Positions 51,283-61,159 of a DNA stretch of 64,000 bases are shown one piece after another. The DNA comes from a bacterium (GTDB taxonomy: Bacteria; Cyanobacteriota; Vampirovibrionia; Gastranaerophilales; CAZEDP01): NCBI GenBank assembly GCA_043797105.1, contig JAZDPZ010000050.1, forward strand, positions 10,623 through 74,622. The letters are read 5' to 3'. The notes below the pieces were generated by a model. It was not told the DNA's origin. It searched no databases and saw only the letters and a program-made list of their open reading frames with translations. The number at the start of each line of letters is the position of its first letter. Position 1 is the first letter of the stretch. Position numbers and translations under genes: made by a program.

Positions 51283-53283
51283 CTATGAATGTGCCTTAGG
51301 CACTTTAGCCACTCTAAGGACTTTTAATTTGTCTCTTATTTCTGCTGCGCGCTCAAAATCCAGAATTTTTGCAGCCTGGTGCATTTCTTTTTCGAGTTTA
51401 CTTATAACTTTGGATAAATCTTCAATAGATGTATGTGTTTTAACCATTTGTTCCGCTAAAACATCTTCAACGCTTCTAAATCCTCCTATTAATTCAAGCA
51501 AATTATTTGAAATATCTTTAACTATAGTTTTTGGAGTAATATTATGTTTTTTGTTGTATTCAATCTGAATAAGCCGTCTTCTGTCTGTTTCTTCCTTAGC
51601 TTTCTGAATACTGTTAGTCATTTTATCAGCATACATAATGACTTTACCCAAAGAATTTCTTGCAGCTCTGCCTATTGTTTGAATTAAACTTGTCTCTGAC
51701 CTCAAAAAACCTTCTTTATCAGCATCCATAATAGCGACAAGAGTAACTTCCGGCAAATCTAATCCTTCTCTCAAAAGATTTACCCCAACCAGAACATCGA
51801 ATTTACCTAATCTTAGGTCTCTTAAAATCTCGACTCTTTCAATAGACTTGATTTCGCTGTGTAAATACTTAACCCTTATTCCTAACTGCTGTAAATAATC
51901 AGCAAGATCCTCCGCCATTTTTTTAGTAAGGGTTGTGATTAATATTCTTTGATTTTTTTCTGCTCTTTCCTTGATTTCGCTCATTAAATCATCTACCTGA
52001 TTTTCAGTGCTTCTAATTTCAACATCAGGATCAACAAGCCCGGTAGGTCTGATAATTTGTTCTACAATCTGGTCTGAATAATTTTGCTCAAATTCATTGG
52101 GAGTTGCTGACACATAAATTACCTGATTAATTCTTTCCCAAAATTCTTCTATTTTTAAAGGTCTGTTGTCTCTTGAACATGGAAGCCTGAAACCATAATC
52201 AATTAAAGTGTCCTTTCTTGCTCTGTCACCGTTGTACATTCCTTTTATCTGAGGAAGAGTAACATGAGATTCATCAATAACAACAAGAAAATCTTTTGGA
52301 AAATAATCAAGCAAAGTAGCAGACGGAGTTTCTGGCTTTCTTCTTTCTATAATTCTTGAATAATTTTCAACACCATTGCAATAACCGACTTCTCTAATCA
52401 TTTCTATATCATGATAGGTTCTTTGCATTAATCTTTGAGCTTCTACCAATTTATTCTGGATTTTTAGCTCATTTACTCTTTCAATAAGCTCATTTTCTAT
52501 TAATTTTGCAGTTTCATTAATACCCTCTTTGTCTGATAAATAATGAACAGCGGGAAAAATAATAACATCTTCGCAAAGTTCGATTATTTCTCCTGTTATT
52601 CTGTGAATCCTTGTTATTTTTTCTATTTCATCACCAAAAAACTGAATTTTGGTTATTGTATCTTCATAAGATGGTTGAATTTCAACTATATCTCCTCTTA
52701 CCCTAAAATTTCCTCTTTTAAGTTCAATATCATTTCTTTTATAATGAGAGTTAACTAATGTCCTTAAAAGATCGTTACGATCCATTAAATCTCCCAGAGA
52801 AATTTTTATGGCTCCTTTAAAATAATTTTTAGGAAGTCCTAAACCATAAATACAGCTGACACTTGCTACTACCACAACATCATTTCTTTCAAACAAACTT
52901 CTTGTAGTGCTGTGCCTTAATCTGTCAATTTCATCATTAATGCTTGCTGTTTTTTCTATATATGTGTCAGTTTTTGGAATATATGCTTCGGGCTGATAAT
53001 AATCATAATAACTTATAAAATATTCAACAGCGTTATTAGGCAATAATTCTTTCATTTCATTGTAAAGTTGAGCTGCAAGGGTCTTATTATGCGCAATTAT
53101 CAAAGTTGCTTTCTGGACATTTTGTATAACATTTGCAATTGTAAATGTTTTTCCTGAACCTGTTACTCCCAGAAGGGTCTGATTTTTATATTTATTATTA
53201 ATGCCGTAAGTTAAAGCTTCTATGGCTTTTGGCTGGTCTCCGGCAGGTGAAAATTTTGATACTACTTGAAAAGGTCTGGTCAT
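51283..53283 (-). CDS. uvrB: Excinuclease ABC subunit B
   Basis: [24 protein letters not shown]-terminal UVR domain. Confidence 0.98.
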   Translation of the reverse strand: MTRPFQVVSKFSPAGDQPKAIEALTYGINNKYKNQTLLGVTGSGKTFTIANVIQNVQKATLIIAHNKTLAAQLYNEMKELLPNNAVEYFISYYDYYQPEAYIPKTDTYIEKTASINDEIDRLRHSTTRSLFERNDVVVVASVSCIYGLGLPKNYFKGAIKISLGDLMDRNDLLRTLVNSHYKRNDIELKRGNFRVRGDIVEIQPSYEDTITKIQFFGDEIEKITRIHRITGEIIELCEDVIIFPAVHYLSDKEGINETAKLIENELIERVNELKIQNKLVEAQRLMQRTYHDIEMIREVGYCNGVENYSRIIERRKPETPSATLLDYFPKDFLVVIDESHVTLPQIKGMYNGDRARKDTLIDYGFRLPCSRDNRPLKIEEFWERINQVIYVSATPNEFEQNYSDQIVEQIIRPTGLVDPDVEIRSTENQVDDLMSEIKERAEKNQRILITTLTKKMAEDLADYLQQLGIRVKYLHSEIKSIERVEILRDLRLGKFDVLVGVNLLREGLDLPEVTLVAIMDADKEGFLRSETSLIQTIGRAARNSLGKVIMYADKMTNSIQKAKEETDRRRLIQIEYNKKHNITPKTIVKDISNNLLELIGGFRSVEDVLAEQMVKTHTSIEDLSKVISKLEKEMHQAAKILDFERAAEIRDKLKVLRVAKVPKAHS

Positions 53284-53351
53284 AATTTATAAACCCATTT
53301 TAATTAATAATATTATAGGTTAAAATTGTATTTAAGAAAAAATTAGATTTT

Positions 53352-53447
53352 TATACTCAACTAAGATTGGTTTTTAAATTTATGTATAATAGGTAAGGAT
53401 TTATTTATTCCCAAAAACATTTCTAAATTCAATTTGGGACTTGTATA
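53352..53447. repeat. MITE-like unit with ends tatactcaact...aatttgggacttgtata
   Basis: Both ends recur inverted at 55243-55362; a partial copy lies at 53743-53769. Confidence 0.7.
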
Positions 53448-53461
53448 AAAAGGTAACCAAT

Positions 53462-53740
53462 ATGGAAGAATCAAAAATAATTATTACAATTATAGGAATT
53501 GATAAAGTCGGAATAGTTGCCTCATTTGCAAATGTCCTGTCAAAATATCATGTAAATATTGAAGATATTAGACAAACTATTATGCAGGATTATTTTGCGA
53601 TGATTATGATGGCAGATATTTCAAAATCTACAAGTTCCTTTCAGGAGCTTAAGGAAAACCTGTCAAATGCAGGCGCTAAAATGGATATGGAAGTTTGGGT
53701 GCAGAGAAAAAAGATTTTTGATAAAATGCACTCTATTTAA
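53462..53740 (+). CDS. ACT domain protein (UPF0237-like)
   Basis: IITIIGIDKVGIVA...NIEDIRQTI...IFDKMH; ATG 53462 preferred over TTG 53441. Confidence 0.9.
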   Translation: MEESKIIITIIGIDKVGIVASFANVLSKYHVNIEDIRQTIMQDYFAMIMMADISKSTSSFQELKENLSNAGAKMDMEVWVQRKKIFDKMHSI

Positions 53741-53771
53741 GATGTACTCAACCAAAATTGGATTTTAAAAT

Positions 53772-55139
53772 ATGTATGGAATTAATACAAGTTATATTTT
53801 AGAAACAATCGAGATGATAAGGCTTCATAATCTTGATATTAGGACTGTTACTCTTTCTTTAAGTCTTAGAGATTGTATGTCAAGGGATGTTAAAGAAGTG
53901 GGAGAAAAAATTTACGATAAAATTACTGCTTTAGCTAATAACCTGACCCATGTAGCTAAAGAAATCGAAGAAGAGTTTAGTATACCAATAATAAACAAAC
54001 GTATTGCGGTAACCCCGATTTCTCTAATTGGAGAAAGCTGTATAAAATATGACTATGTATATCTTGCAAAAGTTCTGGATCAGGCGGCAAAAGCTGTAAA
54101 AGTCGATTTTATAGGCGGTTTTGGAGCGCTTGTTCAAAAAGGCTTTACAAAGGGTGATATGGCTCTTATTGAAAGTATTCCCGAAGCATTGCTTTTAACT
54201 GAAAGAGTGTGTTCATCCGTTAATGTAGCTTCTTCAAAAGCCGGAATTAATATGGATGCAGTGCTAAAAATGGGTAATATTATTAAACAGACAGCTGAGC
54301 TTACAGCAGATTGCGATGGCATTGGCGCAGCTAAATTAGTGGTCTTTTGTAATGTGCCTGAAGATAATCCTTTTATGGCAGGAGCTTTTCATGGATATGG
54401 AGAGCCTGAATGCGCTCTAAATATAGGTGTTAGCGGACCGGGAGTAATTCGGGCTGCAATTAAATCTTTACCCCAAAATGCAAATTTTGGAGAACTTGCA
54501 ACTAAAATTAAAACGGTTGCTTATAAAATAACCACTACAGGCGAATTAATCGGAAGAGAAATAGCTCAGCGTTTAAATATACCTTTTGGGGTAATTGATC
54601 TGTCTCTTGCTCCGACCCCTGCTGTTGGCGACAGTATAGCAAATATTCTTGAAGCCATGGGTTTGGAAAAATGCGGTACGCACGGTACTACTGCCGCTCT
54701 TGCTTTATTGAATGACGCTGTTAAAAAAGGCGGTATTATGGCAAGTTCTTATGTTGGAGGATTAAGTGGGGCTTTTATTCCGGTAAGTGAGGATTCCGGC
54801 ATGGTTGATGCTGTAAAATCAGGAGCTTTAAGTTTTGACAAGCTCGAAGCCATGACTTCTGTATGTTCTGTCGGTTTGGATATGATAGCCATACCCGGCA
54901 ATACTTCCGCTGAAACAATATCAGGAATAATAGCCGATGAAATGGCTATAGGCATGATAAATAAAAAAACCACAGCAGTAAGAATAATACCTGTGCCAAA
55001 TAAAAATATTGGCGATTACGCTGTATTTGGAGGTTTATTGGGAGAAGCGCCAATAATTTCAATAAACAGCTTTTCAAGTTCGGATTTTGTAAAAAGAGGG
55101 GGAAGGATTCCTGCTCCAATACATAGTTTAAATAATTAA
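53772..55139 (+). CDS. UPF0210/DUF711 (PFL-like) protein
   Basis: [42 protein letters not shown]. Confidence 0.93.
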   Translation: MYGINTSYILETIEMIRLHNLDIRTVTLSLSLRDCMSRDVKEVGEKIYDKITALANNLTHVAKEIEEEFSIPIINKRIAVTPISLIGESCIKYDYVYLAKVLDQAAKAVKVDFIGGFGALVQKGFTKGDMALIESIPEALLLTERVCSSVNVASSKAGINMDAVLKMGNIIKQTAELTADCDGIGAAKLVVFCNVPEDNPFMAGAFHGYGEPECALNIGVSGPGVIRAAIKSLPQNANFGELATKIKTVAYKITTTGELIGREIAQRLNIPFGVIDLSLAPTPAVGDSIANILEAMGLEKCGTHGTTAALALLNDAVKKGGIMASSYVGGLSGAFIPVSEDSGMVDAVKSGALSFDKLEAMTSVCSVGLDMIAIPGNTSAETISGIIADEMAIGMINKKTTAVRIIPVPNKNIGDYAVFGGLLGEAPIISINSFSSSDFVKRGGRIPAPIHSLNN

Positions 55140-55242
55140 ATTTTATATTTTTATAAAAAATTTTATAAAAAATAGCAATTTTTATAAAAATATTGTTTTT
55201 TTATAAATAAGGGGGAATGTTAATTATAATTTTGGAATTATT

Positions 55243-55362
55243 TATACAAGTCCCAAATTAAGTTTAATGCCATTTTGCAATTTAAAAGGTATTAAATAAG
55301 CTGTCATCGCGAGACTACGTAGTAGCCGCGACGATCCATTTTATTCGATAAAGTTGAGTATA
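55243..55362. mobile_element. MITE-like unit carrying a REP hairpin (55301-55337)
   Basis: TA-bounded ends shared with 53352-53447; interior homologous to about 15637-15706. Confidence 0.7.
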
Positions 55363-55387
55363 GCAAGGAAGAAAGGGAGAATATAAT

Positions 55388-55726
55388 ATGGGAAATATTT
55401 ATGGTGATCCGTATGCAACATTTGGTTTATTTAATAATTATTATCCAAATTATCCAAACTGTCCTGGATTTATTCCAAGACCAAATCCAAATTTAAATCC
55501 ATATCAGCAACCCATGTTTTTTAATTTATATAAAAATCCTTTTATAAATAGAGGCAAAACCGGAGGAATGCTTGGATTAAATTTACCTTTTGAAAATGAG
55601 AATGGAAAAGGAACTTTTGGAATTAATTGGGATATTGGAAATGATATTGTTACAGCAAATTTAGGTCTTGATTGTCTTTTGGATAATAATCTCAGAGGAA
55701 TATTTAACTTTGATTGGAATATCTAA
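55388..55726 (+). CDS. Hypothetical N/P/Y/G-rich protein
   Basis: 112-aa ORF with RBS. Confidence 0.65.
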   Translation: MGNIYGDPYATFGLFNNYYPNYPNCPGFIPRPNPNLNPYQQPMFFNLYKNPFINRGKTGGMLGLNLPFENENGKGTFGINWDIGNDIVTANLGLDCLLDNNLRGIFNFDWNI

Positions 55727-55735
55727 TTTGATTTT

Positions 55736-56209
55736 TTACTGAGTAATATGAGCTAAAGAAATACTTACGTTTCTTAATCTTAGACTAAGAGTAAGAGCTA
55801 TTTTTCTAATTATATGAACAGCAATTTTAGGTTTTGTAACCAATAGATTTTCAAAATTATCCCAGGTAAGTTCTGCAACAATCAAATCATTCAAAGTTAT
55901 TACACTAGCGGATCTTCTTCCTCTATCAATAAGCGCCATTTCTCCAAAAATCTGAGGAGCTTGCAATTCAGCTAAAAGCACTTCATTTCCTTTATCGTTT
56001 TTCTTTAAAACTTTGACTGTTCCGTCCATGATAAAATACATTCCTGTTTGGATATCTCCTTCTTTAAATATGTATTGATTTGCATTAAATTTACGCAGGT
56101 TAAGAATTTCAGCTAATTTTTCCAAATCATCTTCACGAACATCGTAGAAAAAGGGGATTCTTGCCACATCTCTTTCTGTCAATTTATTTGAATAAGATAT
56201 TATTTCCAT
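55736..56209 (-). CDS. Stand-alone cyclic nucleotide-binding domain protein
   Basis: IFKEGD, FGEMALIDRGRRSASV. Confidence 0.92.
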   Translation of the reverse strand: MEIISYSNKLTERDVARIPFFYDVREDDLEKLAEILNLRKFNANQYIFKEGDIQTGMYFIMDGTVKVLKKNDKGNEVLLAELQAPQIFGEMALIDRGRRSASVITLNDLIVAELTWDNFENLLVTKPKIAVHIIRKIALTLSLRLRNVSISLAHITQ

Positions 56210-56322
56210 TATTTTTACTTTGCATCTTTAATTTAAGAATTATATCCATTTAAATATTATTTTAACTTATTTATAATAAATATTATTTTACTATTTTTAA
56301 TTAGCAAAAACAACATATAACT

Positions 56323-57096
56323 TTAATTTTTGCCTACGATTCCAATTAGAGGTGAAGAAGCATTTGCATAAGCTTTAATTTCTATTCTACCTGATTTATA
56401 GGCTATCCTGCCAGCTTCAACCCCGAGTTTAAATGCTTCAGCCATTCTAACAGGATCTTTTGCTTCAGCTATAGCAGTATTTACAATGATACAATCTGCT
56501 CCCATTTCCATTACCTGAGCTGCTTCTGATGGAACTCCAAGTCCTGCATCAACTACAACAGGCACTTGAGCTTGCTCAATTATTATTTTAATATTGGCAG
56601 CATTTTTAACTCCCTGTCCTGTTCCAATTGGAGAAGCTAAAGGCATTACAGTAGCACAACCTATTTCTTCCAATCTTTTTGCAAGTAGTGGATCGGCATT
56701 TATATATGGCAAAACCACAAAATCCTCTTCAATTAATCTTTTTGCGGCTTCAATAGTTGCTATTGGATCAGGAAGCAGATATTTTGGATCAGGAATAACT
56801 TCAAGTTTTACCCAGTTATTTATTCCCATTGCTTTTCCCAGTCTTGCAACCCTGATTGCTTCATCAACCGATTGACATCCTGCTGTGTTGGGAAGGATCC
56901 AAAAACGTTTTGTGTCAATATAGTTCATTAAACCCACATGACCTATTGCGCCAATATCCACTCTTCTGATTGCAACCGTTACAATTTCAGCTCCACTTGC
57001 TATATGAGCTTGCCTCATTGTTTCAAAATCTTTAAATTTACCTGTGCCAATTAATAAACGAGATTTAAAAGTTTTTCCTGCTATTGTTAAAGTCAT
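56323..57096 (-). CDS. thiG: Thiazole synthase
   Basis: SRLLIGTGK, LPNTAGC, WVKLEV, MPLASPIGTGQG, VDAGLG. Confidence 0.97.
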   Translation of the reverse strand: MTLTIAGKTFKSRLLIGTGKFKDFETMRQAHIASGAEIVTVAIRRVDIGAIGHVGLMNYIDTKRFWILPNTAGCQSVDEAIRVARLGKAMGINNWVKLEVIPDPKYLLPDPIATIEAAKRLIEEDFVVLPYINADPLLAKRLEEIGCATVMPLASPIGTGQGVKNAANIKIIIEQAQVPVVVDAGLGVPSEAAQVMEMGADCIIVNTAIAEAKDPVRMAEAFKLGVEAGRIAYKSGRIEIKAYANASSPLIGIVGKN

Positions 57097-57467
57097 ATTA
57101 CTCCTTTTTAAATTTAAAATATATTTTATAATTATTACTAATCATTTTTCTCTATTACTCTATAAACTATACTACTAAAATATTGGTGATTACCAATATT
57201 ATCCTAAGTTTACATTATAAAAAATATAATTTCTTATATTTTTTGAACAATTTTTATAAAGATTTTGTTTTTATATAAGTAATTAATAAAAATGAGATAC
57301 AAAAGTTGTATTAAACCACCCTACTTACACTGCTTTGCAAGTTGAATAGCATTAAATGGACTGTTTTGGATTTTACTACAAAAAACTTAAAAAGGAGGAA
57401 TAACTATGTAACAAAAATATATTAATAAAATCTTTTAAGGAGGACACATATTTTATGGTTAAAGTTA

Positions 57468-57944
57468 ATGATACTACAAAAAAATCTACAAGCTCCATTA
57501 CCTTCGCAAATTTCCAATGTTTCCGAAAGACACGGTAAAAATATGTATGATCAATCGGTTTTTTATCATTCACAAGAAGGGTTAAAAGATATGGATGCAG
57601 ATAAAGATAAAAAAGTAAGTATGGATGAATTCAAAAATTCAGAAGTAGGTCAAGCTGCAGGAGATCAAGCTGATGAGCTTTATAAATACCTCGAGGGTCT
57701 TGATGGGAAAGAAGGACTTTCTACTTCAGAGTATGGAGCTTTATTAGAATATGCTGATCGTAATAAAGATGGTAAAATTGATGAATCAGAAAAACAAACC
57801 TTCCTTAATGAAATAAATGATCCTGATTTCCTTGAAAAGCATGGCATTGAAATTGAAGAAAATCAACAAGAAATTGAAAAAAGTATGGAAAAGTTTAAAA
57901 TACCTGTTGATTTTAAAAAATCACCTAAACCCATTTTATCATAG
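57468..57944 (+). CDS. EF-hand calcium-binding protein
   Basis: DADKDKKVSMDE and DRNKDGKIDESE loops; start ambiguous (see findings). Confidence 0.8.
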   Translation: MILQKNLQAPLPSQISNVSERHGKNMYDQSVFYHSQEGLKDMDADKDKKVSMDEFKNSEVGQAAGDQADELYKYLEGLDGKEGLSTSEYGALLEYADRNKDGKIDESEKQTFLNEINDPDFLEKHGIEIEENQQEIEKSMEKFKIPVDFKKSPKPILS

Positions 57945-57983
57945 AAAATAATCTTTAAAATCACAAAAAGCCTAATCTTGTTG

Positions 57984-58028
57984 GAACTGTTGATGAATTA
58001 TTCAAGGAACTTTATTCGTCAATAGTTC
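57984..58028. repeat. Hairpin downstream of the EF-hand gene
   Basis: gaactgttgatgaat...attcgtcaatagttc. Confidence 0.6.
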
Positions 58029-58231
58029 TTTACAATTAATGAAAACTCTTATTTTATATTCCATCTTGATAATTCATAGAATTACCTATATATTAATCTT
58101 ATGATTAATACCCATATGGATAAAATAAATCCTGTGGAGGATGAAATTGGGTAGAAAAATCCAGAATAATTAAATTAAGCGGAGATTAATAATTATTGAT
58201 AATTGGGTTGGTCGGAGTTTGGGTATTTTAA

Positions 58232-58990
58232 ATGAGAATAAAAAAATTTTTTATAAGTATATTAACAATATTTTTTATAATATTTATAGGCGTTCTGGCT
58301 GCTAAGGCACAGGTTGGTCTGCCATCAGTAAATATAAGCATTGGACAGACTAATACTCCTGAAGAATTTAGCAAAGGGTTGCAAATTCTCGTTTTATTGA
58401 CAATACTTACACTGGCTCCAAGTATACTCGTTATGACAACATCTTTTACAAGAATAGTGATAGTTTTGTCTTTGGTAAGACAAGCTTTGGGTACTGCTTC
58501 ATTGCCTCCAAGTCAGGTAATAGTTGGTCTTGCTCTAATCTTGACTTTTTTTGTCATGTCTCCAACTATAAATGAAATAAATACTCAGGCATTTCAACCG
58601 TATATGAATAAAGAAATTACTCAACAGGTAGCCTTAAAAAAAGGTATCGAACCGTTAAGACAATTTATGTTTCGACAAACAGACGAAACTGACCTGGCTT
58701 TATTTGTCAGGATGGCAAAAATTAGTAATCCTACAACCACTTCAGATATTCCGACTTATGTTTTATTGCCTTCTTTTGTTATTAGCGAATTAAAAACAGC
58801 ATTTAAAATAGGATTTATGATATTTATACCTTTTTTGGTTATTGACGTTGTAGTATCAAGTATTTTGGTATCAATGGGAATGTTATTTCTCCCGCCTGTT
58901 ATGATTTCTTTACCATTCAAGATAATACTTTTTGTATTAATTGACGGATGGTATTTAATAGCAAAATCTCTGGTAATGGGATTTGTATAA
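58232..58990 (+). CDS. fliP: Flagellar export protein FliP
   Basis: MTTSFTRIVIVL, ISELKTAF, ISLPFK, DGW. Confidence 0.96.
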   Translation: MRIKKFFISILTIFFIIFIGVLAAKAQVGLPSVNISIGQTNTPEEFSKGLQILVLLTILTLAPSILVMTTSFTRIVIVLSLVRQALGTASLPPSQVIVGLALILTFFVMSPTINEINTQAFQPYMNKEITQQVALKKGIEPLRQFMFRQTDETDLALFVRMAKISNPTTTSDIPTYVLLPSFVISELKTAFKIGFMIFIPFLVIDVVVSSILVSMGMLFLPPVMISLPFKIILFVLIDGWYLIAKSLVMGFV

Positions 58991-59015
58991 TTAATAGCAA
59001 ATTTAAGGTGTTTTT

Positions 59016-59285
59016 ATGTCTCAATTAGAATTTATTACTATTTTACAAAAAACATTGGTGTTAATTTTAGAGCTGTCATCCCCTGTTCTTTTTGTTAGCC
59101 TTAGTGTTGGACTTGCAATCAGTGTTTTTCAGTCTGTTACTCAAATTCAGGAAGCTACCCTGACTTTTGTGCCAAAAATTTTAGCCGGTATTTTAACCAT
59201 CATTGTCTTAGCTCCATGGATGATTGAAGTATACATAAACAGCGTTAATGAACTGTTTGCAAACATGCAGAATTATATACATTAG
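59016..59285 (+). CDS. fliQ: Flagellar export protein FliQ
   Basis: FQSVTQIQEATLTFVPK. Confidence 0.96.
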   Translation: MSQLEFITILQKTLVLILELSSPVLFVSLSVGLAISVFQSVTQIQEATLTFVPKILAGILTIIVLAPWMIEVYINSVNELFANMQNYIH

Positions 59286-59295
59286 GTTATGAATT

Positions 59296-60081
59296 ATGAA
59301 TCAAGACCTTTCTACGTTTTTTTCATTTCAAAGCTTGCTTGTTTTTCTTCTTGTTATGGCAAGAGTAAGCGGAATGATTTCAACAGCTCCGTTATTATCG
59401 ACTTTTCCTATACCAATGATGGCAAAAGCAGGACTTGCAGCATTAAGCGCATTTATCATGTATCCTTTTGTTCTTAAAATTTCACTTTTTCAAATGCCTA
59501 ATGACTTGATAACAATGTCAATAATGATATTTAAAGAACTTTTTGTAGGAATTTTGATAGGTTTTTGCGCAGAGCTGATTTTTATCGGTATTCAGATCGG
59601 AGGACAGCTTTTAAGTATACAAATGGGTTTAGCTATAGCAAACGCTCTTGATCCTGTTACAAAACAACAGGTGCCTGTTGTAGGACAGTTTTATTTATTT
59701 ATGGCAAGTATGGTTTTTATATATTTAAATGGACATCATTGGCTATTTTCCTGTGTTTCTGAAAGTTATAACACAATTCCCATAGGGATAAATTTTGAAT
59801 TTGTAACTAATATTGTGCCCAAAATATTATATTTTACCAGCCAATTATTCGCTATTGCTTTTAATTTAACTATACCTATATTTGGAATGCTTTTTATAAT
59901 TGATATAGCATTGGCTCTTGTTTCAAAAATAATGCCTCAAATGAACATATTTATGGTGGGTTTGCCACTTAAAATATATGTGGGTTTAGCGCTTATGGGC
60001 TTTTTCATGTCAACAACCGCTGTTTATCTTACAGGATTAATGGGAAATATGTTAAATAGCTTAAAAAATATATTTATATAA
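59296..60081 (+). CDS. fliR: Flagellar export protein FliR
   Basis: QMGLAIANALDP, PQMNIFMVGLPLK. Confidence 0.95.
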   Translation: MNQDLSTFFSFQSLLVFLLVMARVSGMISTAPLLSTFPIPMMAKAGLAALSAFIMYPFVLKISLFQMPNDLITMSIMIFKELFVGILIGFCAELIFIGIQIGGQLLSIQMGLAIANALDPVTKQQVPVVGQFYLFMASMVFIYLNGHHWLFSCVSESYNTIPIGINFEFVTNIVPKILYFTSQLFAIAFNLTIPIFGMLFIIDIALALVSKIMPQMNIFMVGLPLKIYVGLALMGFFMSTTAVYLTGLMGNMLNSLKNIFI

Positions 60082-60094
60082 AATGAGGAAATAA

Positions 60095-61159
60095 ATGGCA
60101 AACGAACGCACAGAATCAGCAACGCCCAAGCGGCGCAACCAGGCAAGAAAAAAAGGACAAATTGCAAAAAGCCAGGATTTTAACTATGCAATAATGCTGT
60201 CTGTCGGTTTATATCTGCTTTATTTATACATGCCGTTTATTATTAACAGGTTTAAATTTATTACTATTCATACTTTTAGTAATCTTGATCCAAATTTAAT
60301 AGACAGAGAAAATCTTACAGGATTTCTTTTTCCTTATCTTTCATTAATGTTCCTTATTCTTTTACCAATCTTAATGCCTCTTTTAGCTTGCGGAGTCTTG
60401 CTAAATTATTTTCAAATCGGTCCTCTTTTTACTCTTGAAACTATCAAGCCTGATTTTAGCAAGCTAAGTCCTATAGGCATTCTAAACGGTTTTAAAAAAT
60501 TCTTTAATTTAAAAAGTTTAGTTGAGCTTGGAAAATCGTTTGTAAAAATGCTTATTATTGGCTCAGTTGCATATTCAGTTATTGATTCGCGAAAAAATGA
60601 TATAATGAGTTTATTGGGCGCTGATCTTCAATTTATATTAGAAATTATAGGCAGTATTATATTTCAGATGTTTACGCAAATTTGTATAATACTAATTATT
60701 ATTGGAATTATAGACAAAAAATATCAGAATTATGAATTTGAAAAATCTATTAAAATGACTAAAGAAGATGTTAAAGACGAACGTAAAAACGCAGAAGGCG
60801 ATCCTCAAATCAAAGCAAAAATAAGAAACGTTCAAATGCGCTTTGCATTGCAAAGAATGATGAGCGCAATTCCATCCGCCAATGTTGTTATTAAAAATCC
60901 TACTCATTATGCTGTTGCTTTAAGGTATGATGCCAAAATTGCTCCGGCTCCCCAGATAGTTGCAAAGGGAGTAGATTTTGTAGCTTTTAAAATTTTGGAA
61001 GTCGCAAAAAATAATAATAGTCCTATAATTGAAAATAAGCCTCTTGCAAGAACTTTATACAAAATTGTTCCGCTGGACGGATTAATACCGGCAGAACTAT
61101 TTGTTGCCGTAGCTGAAGTATTAGCTTATGTGTACAAAATTAATAAGAAGGTTATATGA
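60095..61159 (+). CDS. flhB: Flagellar export protein FlhB
   Basis: RTESATPKR, EGDPQIK, NPTH autocleavage motif. Confidence 0.96.
   Translation: MANERTESATPKRRNQARKKGQIAKSQDFNYAIMLSVGLYLLYLYMPFIINRFKFITIHTFSNLDPNLIDRENLTGFLFPYLSLMFLILLPILMPLLACGVLLNYFQIGPLFTLETIKPDFSKLSPIGILNGFKKFFNLKSLVELGKSFVKMLIIGSVAYSVIDSRKNDIMSLLGADLQFILEIIGSIIFQMFTQICIILIIIGIIDKKYQNYEFEKSIKMTKEDVKDERKNAEGDPQIKAKIRNVQMRFALQRMMSAIPSANVVIKNPTHYAVALRYDAKIAPAPQIVAKGVDFVAFKILEVAKNNNSPIIENKPLARTLYKIVPLDGLIPAELFVAVAEVLAYVYKINKKVI

Noticed and set aside
57097..57400. TPP riboswitch upstream of thiG
   Set aside because: No conserved TPP aptamer motifs seen; only an AT-rich hairpin at about 57179-57200
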